Positions 38,220 to 44,700 of a stretch of 64,000 nucleotides of DNA are shown here, one piece after another. Location: assembly GCA_021736255.1 (NCBI GenBank), contig JAIPGG010000002.1, positions 8,154 to 72,153 of the forward strand, in the 5' to 3' direction. The notes under the pieces are model-generated. The model made no database searches. It was not told the DNA's origin and was given only the letters and a program-made list of their open reading frames with translations. Numbering within the stretch: the stretch's first letter is position 1; each line of letters opens with the position of its first letter. Made by a program: the position numbers and the translations under genes. The stretch comes from Spirochaetales bacterium (lineage in GTDB: Bacteria; Spirochaetota; Spirochaetia; JAIPGG01).

Positions 38220-38685
38220 TTCTCGACCTCCTGAAGTATGCTGCCAGATGTATCGCCCGGAATAGAGTTGACTCTCCTCCGCAGCGGGTTTCGATACTCC
38301 GGAAAATATTGCGGATTTCGCTCTGCTCGGGGTTTTCCTCACGCTGAATAAGGTCATGAACCAGGAGAATGAGAGCAGGTTTGACAGGTTCACAGAGTTT
38401 CACCCCTGCTTCCTCGAATCCGCCTTCGATATCCCGGTATTCATCCGTGTTCCGGAACCCCTCGAGCGTCATGATCTCTTTATTTCTGATATTTGCGGCC
38501 AGCACCAAACATGAGGGCACCGGCCGTCCCTGCAGAAGCACCATGCAGTTCCCGCAGCTTCCTCGATAACAATCTCCGGTGATGCTTGAAATACTGTAAC
38601 GGTCACGGAGAATATCTACCAGTCTTCTTTCGGGCTTCGAGTTGAGACGAACCTTTTTCCCGTTTAGAACAAAGTCGATTATCAA
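38209..38685 (-). CDS. XDH/CODH-family [2Fe-2S] small-subunit homologue (CoxS-like) with degenerate second cluster motif
   Basis: Plant-type motif C-x4-C-x2-C-x11-C is intact (GDCYRGSCGNCMVLLQGRPVPSCL). In the region aligning to QCGFCTPG...NLCRCTGY it reads KLCEPVKPA...ETRCGGES. Confidence 0.8.
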   Translation of the reverse strand: MIIDFVLNGKKVRLNSKPERRLVDILRDRYSISSITGDCYRGSCGNCMVLLQGRPVPSCLVLAANIRNKEIMTLEGFRNTDEYRDIEGGFEEAGVKLCEPVKPALILLVHDLIQREENPEQSEIRNIFRSIETRCGGESTLFRAIHLAAYFRRSRNGS

Positions 38686-40745
38686 CTGCTTTCCTCCAGC
38701 TCTTTGAGCCGTTCGCTCGTAATCGGGAGACTGTCAAAGTCGAGGCCGGTAGCTTGACTTACAGCGACGGCGAATGCCGGTGGAATTGTAGAATAGGGAA
38801 GCTGGGAAATTCCCTTGATGGTTGACCGGTTGCCGTCTTCGAGGAAATCGATATAAACAGGAGGAGTTGCGGCGGGCGGTAACAGGTGATAACGGTGCCA
38901 GTCTCCCTCGTCGGGCGCCTTTCCCCGGGAGAGAATCTCATGGTAGGACCAACCGAGAGCGGAGCGGATTCCCTCCTCCAGGCTGCTTACCAGTCGCCTG
39001 CGGTTGATGACCACCCCGCCGCTTATCATCAACCATATTCCGCGAATCGTTAATTCGAAACTTATAGAATCTACTTCCACTTCCACAACGGAAGCTCCCC
39101 ACGCGGATTGAGGAAAGGGATAGCCTTCGAAGCTTTCATGGTTCCACGCGTGTTTCGGCGGCAGCCGGTAGCTTCTTTGGATTTCAATAGGAAGGGCTTC
39201 CCGGAAACGCCGCTTCTTGATTGCATCGAAGCACTGCTTGAGTAGCCGCGATGTAACGGTGAGGTTTCGCGCTAGTATCGATGGACCGGTATCCGGAACC
39301 GTCGAGGTTGCCGGAGAGGTGAAATGGACTTGTTCGGGGGATATATCGAGGGTTCTTGCCGCCATTTCCTTCCAGTATGATTGAAGAGCTTCGGAAATGC
39401 TGGAGGTTGAAATGGAAAGATTACCTGCGGTATCCATGGATACTCGCACGGTCTTCGACAGCTTTACCTCCTTGCGTCCGATAAAGCCGTTTCCCTGATA
39501 GCCGGTAGAAAGCCCGATTCCCCGGCTCATATCGATTGTTTTAGAAAGAGAACTGCGACGCTTTCTGCGCATCTCATAGGCCGCATGTTTCCGCCGATAA
39601 TCGGAGCGGTCCACTACCGACTCCAGAGCCGGCAGGACAGCCTCGGCTTCGCGGTAGAAGCGGGGAACTTCCTCTTCGATATCAGGTTTGATGTGACGTT
39701 TTTTCCACTCGTAAGGGTCCTGTTCACTCATATAAGCGGCCCTTCCTCCATGCACCTCGGAAATGAAAAGACCCTGGCTTGTTCCCAGGCCTTCGAAGGC
39801 GTTCATGGGGGGTTTGTTGGTAGTAACAATACGGCCTGTGAGGTTCATAGCAGGGCAGTAATGCTGCCCAACGGCGCCGAGACATATTCGTTCGAGCATC
39901 TCCTCTTCGAAAAGAGGGAAGGCGCCTGCATCACAGCTGATATCAATTTCCCGTGCCGTAATATACCCTTCGGCCGAAAGATGGGTACGCAGTTGTGCTG
40001 AAACAGGTGCACGCTTGGAGGTATAGAGGAAGTCCTCCTGCCGGTTGTACCGGAGGAGAACCGGTTTTCCGGTTAACCATGCGGCCAGGGCGGCATGGGC
40101 GGCAACCAGAGAACTGCTCCAGACCTTCCCGTCCAGTACCGTTTGTTCATCCTTGATTTGGATAGAGACCTGTTCAGGGTTGATACCCAGAACCTCGGCC
40201 ACTGTGGTCTTGACGTGATAGGGCCAGCGGGAATAGGTGTGCACCTCGATCTCCCGGCCCTTTCGTAGAGCAAAAGCGCTGTGGGGTTCAGGATAGTAGT
40301 GTTCCTGCGGCGGTGTGGATATCCGTTCTTCGAGGACCTGCACCGCCTGCTGCTTCTGGAAATCCATATCTCCGTAAGAGATTCGGTAGTCGCTTTCCTT
40401 CGTAGCCGGTCCGGGTGTTGCGGCAAGAAAGCGGGGTTCTGCCGGAACCGCATCGATATGAATCCTCTCTGCGGCCGTGCTCAGCTCTTCTTCATCATTG
40501 CCGACCAAAAGCCCGAGAGGCATTCCCCGATAGGACAGGATGTCCTTGGCCAAAACCGGCATATGTGACTGAAAAACCGTGAGCCTGTTTTTGCCGGGAA
40601 TGTCAGCGGCGGTAATTAGCCTGTATCCAGTCGGCAAAGAACCGCTGTCAATGCTGCGCAGCCGCCCACGGGCTACCGGCGAACGAACCGTCACCGCAGT
40701 GAAGAGCTTTTTCTTGTATTGTTTGCGATAAGCAATTTCATCCAT
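38682..40745 (-). CDS. XDH/aldehyde-oxidase-family molybdopterin-subunit homologue, apparently degenerate active site
   Basis: N-terminal a/b-hammerhead pattern (TVRSPVARGRLRSID...ITAADIPGKN...YRGMPLGLLVGNDEEEL). Core GKPVLLRYNRQEDFLYTSKRAP...DAGAF. C-terminal GGVVINRRRLVSSLEEGI and KGISQLPYSTIPPAFAVAV. Confidence 0.8.
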   Translation of the reverse strand: MDEIAYRKQYKKKLFTAVTVRSPVARGRLRSIDSGSLPTGYRLITAADIPGKNRLTVFQSHMPVLAKDILSYRGMPLGLLVGNDEEELSTAAERIHIDAVPAEPRFLAATPGPATKESDYRISYGDMDFQKQQAVQVLEERISTPPQEHYYPEPHSAFALRKGREIEVHTYSRWPYHVKTTVAEVLGINPEQVSIQIKDEQTVLDGKVWSSSLVAAHAALAAWLTGKPVLLRYNRQEDFLYTSKRAPVSAQLRTHLSAEGYITAREIDISCDAGAFPLFEEEMLERICLGAVGQHYCPAMNLTGRIVTTNKPPMNAFEGLGTSQGLFISEVHGGRAAYMSEQDPYEWKKRHIKPDIEEEVPRFYREAEAVLPALESVVDRSDYRRKHAAYEMRRKRRSSLSKTIDMSRGIGLSTGYQGNGFIGRKEVKLSKTVRVSMDTAGNLSISTSSISEALQSYWKEMAARTLDISPEQVHFTSPATSTVPDTGPSILARNLTVTSRLLKQCFDAIKKRRFREALPIEIQRSYRLPPKHAWNHESFEGYPFPQSAWGASVVEVEVDSISFELTIRGIWLMISGGVVINRRRLVSSLEEGIRSALGWSYHEILSRGKAPDEGDWHRYHLLPPAATPPVYIDFLEDGNRSTIKGISQLPYSTIPPAFAVAVSQATGLDFDSLPITSERLKELEESS

Positions 40746-40770
40746 GGGTATCTATATCTTCCGTGACGTC

Positions 40771-41976
40771 TCAGCTCAGCCTGAAATGGGATTTACCAAT
40801 GTGTATTACTGTTTCAATTATTCGATCAATCTGCCGATCGGTCAACTCCGGATAGAGGGGAAGACTGATGGTTCGGCTGAAAGAATCAAGGGCATTCGGG
40901 AAATCCCCGGGTTTCAGGCCGTAGCGGTCACGATAATACGGCATGAGATGAAGGGGGATATAGTGTACCGAAGTTCCGATTCCGGCCTCTGAGAGTGCAC
41001 GGATGTATTCATCGCGAGTGATCGTCAATTGCTCCGGACGTATCCTGAGCAGAAACAGGTGCCATGCATGGCTCGAAGGAGCAGGGGGCATCTCAAAAAA
41101 ACTGTACTCACCGAGTCTGCTCAGATATATCTTGGCTATCCGCTTCCTCTGTTGAGCAAGTTCCCAGGCTCTTTTCAGTTGTACTCGTCCCATTGCGGAG
41201 GCTGTGTCCGGCATGTTGTATTTGTAGCCGGCCTCGACGACATAATATTCCCAATCCGCCTCGTTGCCTTCATAACGGAACCACGCATCCCGGTCGATCC
41301 CGTGCAGACGCATAATTTGAATCCGTTCGGCGGTTTTCTTTGAATTGGTAACAACCATTCCCCCTTCCCCGGTGGTGAGCGGTTTCGTAGCATAAAAGGA
41401 AAACACCCCTGCATCCCCGACGGTTCCGGCAAAGGGGGCTGCTTTTCTGCTTTCCTCGGAAGTTTCTCCTTCTTCGATCCGGAGAGGAAAGGCATGGGCG
41501 GCATCCTCTATCAGCGGAATATGCCGGCGCTCCGCCAGGGATTTGAGGTGAGTTGCCGCGCATGGTGCCCCGCCGAGGTGCACCGGGAGCAGGCAGGCCG
41601 TCTTTTCCTTTTCCAACAGGGCTTCCACCCCGGAGGGGTCGATCTGGAAATCGTCCGGGTTGATGTCTACAAACCGGGGGTGGGCCCCCAGATGTCTGAT
41701 TGCCTCGGCGGTTGCAGTGAAGGTATAGGGAGTGGTAATAACCTGATCCCCTTCCCCGACGCCGAGGGCTTCAAGCGCCAGGTGGAGTCCGGCGGTTGCG
41801 GAATTTACAGCCAATGCATTCGGGCACCGGATGAACTCTGCAAATTCCTCTTCGAACCGGAGGGTCTCCCGGCCCGTTGTGAGCCATCTGCTGCGAAGCA
41901 CTCGGTCGACCGCTCGTCGTTCCGCCCTCCCGATCGACGGACGGTGAAAGGGAATAGGATCAGTACGGCGGTTCAT
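40771..41976 (-). CDS. DegT/DnrJ/EryC1/StrS-family sugar aminotransferase (PglE/WecE-like)
   Basis: PFHRPSIGRAERRAV, NSATAGLHLAL and PLP-lysine segment FSFYATKPLTTGEGGMV. Start at MNRRTDPIPF (41976), overlapping the upstream gene by 17 nt. Confidence 0.88.
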   Translation of the reverse strand: MNRRTDPIPFHRPSIGRAERRAVDRVLRSRWLTTGRETLRFEEEFAEFIRCPNALAVNSATAGLHLALEALGVGEGDQVITTPYTFTATAEAIRHLGAHPRFVDINPDDFQIDPSGVEALLEKEKTACLLPVHLGGAPCAATHLKSLAERRHIPLIEDAAHAFPLRIEEGETSEESRKAAPFAGTVGDAGVFSFYATKPLTTGEGGMVVTNSKKTAERIQIMRLHGIDRDAWFRYEGNEADWEYYVVEAGYKYNMPDTASAMGRVQLKRAWELAQQRKRIAKIYLSRLGEYSFFEMPPAPSSHAWHLFLLRIRPEQLTITRDEYIRALSEAGIGTSVHYIPLHLMPYYRDRYGLKPGDFPNALDSFSRTISLPLYPELTDRQIDRIIETVIHIGKSHFRLS

Positions 41977-43438
41977 CACGAGGAACCTCCAGGGAAGGAA
42001 TATGTTTTTGAAGTATGCTGCGCAGAAGGCGGCGGTTCCGATACGAGTCACTCCGATCTGAATCAAGGAAACAGATTGGAGCGAGCTTTTCCAGCAGTTC
42101 CGGTAGATTCAGAACATTCGGGCGGGACCTTTCGACCCGGAGAATTTTTTCGAAGCTTGTTTCCACACTGTTTTCATGAGAAGAAACGAGATGCTCGGAG
42201 ACCTTCTCTCCGGGCCGCATCCCGATCCAGGAGATGTCGATGTCCCGGTACGGTTCGAAACCGTAAAAGCGTATCATTTGCTCTGCCAGATCTCTGATCC
42301 GTACCGGTTCTCCCATATCCAGGAGGTAGAGGTTTCCTCCGCTTCCCAAGCCTGCGGTCTTTAGTACCAGCGAGGAGGCTTCCGGAATGGTCATAAAGAA
42401 ACGTGATGTTTCCGGGTGAGTAAGGGTAACCGGGCCTCCCTTGAGGATTTGTTTCCGGAAGAGGGGAAGAATGCTTCCCCGGGAGCCGAGCACGTTTCCG
42501 AAGCGCACCACCAGATAATCGCGGACATCCGCCGCCCGCCTTAGTACGAGTTCCTCGGCAATGAGTTTCGAAGCCCCGTAAACTGAAAGCGGATTGACGG
42601 CCTTGTCGGTGGAAATCAGAGTGAGCCGGGGAACCCCGCTTTCTTCTGCGGCATCCAGCAGGTTGAGTGTGCCGAAAACATTGTTTTTTATCCCGGCTAT
42701 GGGATTGGCCTCCATAAGCGGCACATGCTTGTAGGCTGCGCTGTGAAATATAACGTCCGCCTTCAATCGAGAGAAGATGAATCGGACAAAATCACGATCC
42801 TGGAGTTCGCCGATGACTGGAACGATGGTGGCTTTCTCTCCGACTCCTTCCTCCTGGAGTATTCTGAGTTCTCTGTCGATGTCGTATATGCTGTTTTCCC
42901 CGTGGCCGAGAAGATAGAGGCGCTCCGCCCCGCCGGAGAGCAATTGTCTGGCGAGTTCGCTGCCGATGCTCCCGCCTGCTCCGGTTATCAGAACACGTTT
43001 ACCCCGGAGATACGAGAGGCTCTCCTTGAGGTGTATGGCAACCGGTCCGCGGGAGAGGAGGTCTTCGGGGTTTATTTCCCGTGCCTGAATCAGGTGGGCT
43101 TCCCCGTCGACGATCTGGGCAATTCCCGGCAGGATGCGGATTCGCGAGAATTCGGCCTGCTTGAGTATGGAGTAGAGCTTGCTCAATTGGCGCCTGTCGG
43201 CGCTCGGAATTGCAATAATTGCTTCGTCGGTCGGGGTGGTGTCAACCAGGTTCATGACTGCATCTATCGGTCCGAGAACAGGGATCCCCTCGATACGGGT
43301 ACCGATTTTTTCGGAATCATCGTCGAGAAAAGCAACCACACTCCCGAGAATACCCTTTTTGTGGATTTCCGAGGCAATGGACCTTCCGGCAAAACCGGCG
43401 CCGATAATGTAGATCCGTGTTTCTCTTATACTCGGCAT
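41960..43438 (-). CDS. CapD/PglF/WbpM-family nucleotide-sugar 4,6-dehydratase, soluble form (no N-terminal TM segment)
   Basis: N-terminal Rossmann IYIIGAGFAGRSIA, SDR core VLITGAGGSIGSELARQL and catalytic AAYKHVPLME. Confidence 0.88.
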   Translation of the reverse strand: MPSIRETRIYIIGAGFAGRSIASEIHKKGILGSVVAFLDDDSEKIGTRIEGIPVLGPIDAVMNLVDTTPTDEAIIAIPSADRRQLSKLYSILKQAEFSRIRILPGIAQIVDGEAHLIQAREINPEDLLSRGPVAIHLKESLSYLRGKRVLITGAGGSIGSELARQLLSGGAERLYLLGHGENSIYDIDRELRILQEEGVGEKATIVPVIGELQDRDFVRFIFSRLKADVIFHSAAYKHVPLMEANPIAGIKNNVFGTLNLLDAAEESGVPRLTLISTDKAVNPLSVYGASKLIAEELVLRRAADVRDYLVVRFGNVLGSRGSILPLFRKQILKGGPVTLTHPETSRFFMTIPEASSLVLKTAGLGSGGNLYLLDMGEPVRIRDLAEQMIRFYGFEPYRDIDISWIGMRPGEKVSEHLVSSHENSVETSFEKILRVERSRPNVLNLPELLEKLAPICFLDSDRSDSYRNRRLLRSILQKHIPSLEVPRDEPPY

Positions 43439-43444
43439 ATGCTC

Positions 43445-43996
43445 TCAGCGATGATTAGATTCCGGGAGCTCTTCCCGGTCGTTTTTCATGGCTTCCATGT
43501 CTTCGAAGCCGAAATCTATCAAAAACGCGTCGTCGTAAAGGCTCAGTTTGACCTTGGCACGCTTTTTCCTTTTATCCACCTTGACTATTCTGCCCTCTAG
43601 GCCCTTGAGTGGCCCGTCGAGAACCTGTATGCGCTGGTTTTCATCGAAGACAACCTGAGATTTCTCCGCTATTTCCCCGTACGATTGAAAGTGAAGCACC
43701 AGTCGTTTATCATCACCTTCGAGTGGTACAATGTCGTAGTTGCTTTTGAGAAAGCGATAAAAATCCGGCATTCGCTTTAAGAGCCAGTAGATGTCTGCGC
43801 TCACCTCTTCGGTTTCCAGAAAAAGGTAGCCGGGAAAGATCGGTTTCAGGGTTTCCTTGGGTTTTCCCTGTTTCCATATAGTAAGACTCCGCCGGGGCCA
43901 AAAGAATTTAAGACGAAGCTCAGGATTGTTATAGGCTATCATCTTGAGAAATTTGTCTTCATTCCGTGATTTAACCTGAACAACATAGAAGTTCAT
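43445..43996 (-). CDS. specialised NusG-family paralogue (NGN + KOW), putative operon-specific antiterminator
   Basis: NGN pattern FYVVQVKSRNEDK...IFPGYLFLETE. KOW pattern RIQVLDGPLKGLEGRIVKVDKRKKRAKVKLSLY. No adjacent secE/rplK context, and it lies 6 nt upstream of the capD-like gene. Confidence 0.8.
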   Translation of the reverse strand: MNFYVVQVKSRNEDKFLKMIAYNNPELRLKFFWPRRSLTIWKQGKPKETLKPIFPGYLFLETEEVSADIYWLLKRMPDFYRFLKSNYDIVPLEGDDKRLVLHFQSYGEIAEKSQVVFDENQRIQVLDGPLKGLEGRIVKVDKRKKRAKVKLSLYDDAFLIDFGFEDMEAMKNDREELPESNHR

Positions 43997-44044
43997 GGTC
44001 GGTTCTTTTCAGATTTCATCCTGACTCCGTCTGATTGTATGCCA

Positions 44045-44073
44045 AAAATAGCATGGAAGTGCGGGAGCTTCAA
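44045..44073 (-). promoter_or_regulatory. promoter candidate TTGAAG-17-(TGc)TATTTT for the NusG-paralogue operon
   Basis: On the minus strand, the -35 is at 44073-44068 and the -10 at 44050-44045, with a TGc extended -10. About 45-nt leader before ATG 43996. Confidence 0.45.
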
Positions 44074-44156
44074 GCAGGATGGGAAGGAAGGCCCCGGGAG
44101 TAATACTCAGGAAATTTTTCAAGATTCCGATATTTTAGAATAAGGAGTACTCTGCT

Positions 44157-44666
44157 ATGCAACGGAACATTATTTTTCTCTTGGTTTTACTCTTCCTTGC
44201 ATCAAGCTTGGCCGCCGAAACGGTTATGGTGAGTCTTCATACCGGTGAACAGCCTTCCCGGACACCGACTTCATATCTAATCGCGCTCGAAGAGGGGATC
44301 ATGGAGGTGTTCTTCCAGGAAGGGCATATTGTCTTTAATTCGGTACCTGATTCAGGTTCGATGCCGAAAGGAGAGGTGGAAGGCGAACTCTACAGCGTTG
44401 CAGGTGGGGGCGGAGCAGGTTTTTTGATAACCGCAGAGCTACAAGTGAAAACGCCTTCTCCGGAAGAAAGAGAAAAATCCGATGAAGAAAACCGACCCCT
44501 GCCGGTTTCCGCTCGATTTCAGCTGGCTCGGGTGTTACCCCGTCGCTTAATCGAAACGGGAATAATCGAGTTCGATCGACAGGAAAAGTCGGAACAATTA
44601 ACTCCCCGGGATATGTGTTTTCAATTGGGAAACGAGATAGCTTATCGAGCTATTCAGAAATGGTGA
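44157..44666 (+). CDS. hypothetical secreted protein
   Basis: Signal peptide IIFLLVLLFLASSLAAE. No recognised domain. Confidence 0.6.
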   Translation: MQRNIIFLLVLLFLASSLAAETVMVSLHTGEQPSRTPTSYLIALEEGIMEVFFQEGHIVFNSVPDSGSMPKGEVEGELYSVAGGGGAGFLITAELQVKTPSPEEREKSDEENRPLPVSARFQLARVLPRRLIETGIIEFDRQEKSEQLTPRDMCFQLGNEIAYRAIQKW

Positions 44667-44700
44667 AAGAGGTTTTTTTACGATACAAGGAGTAGGAACG

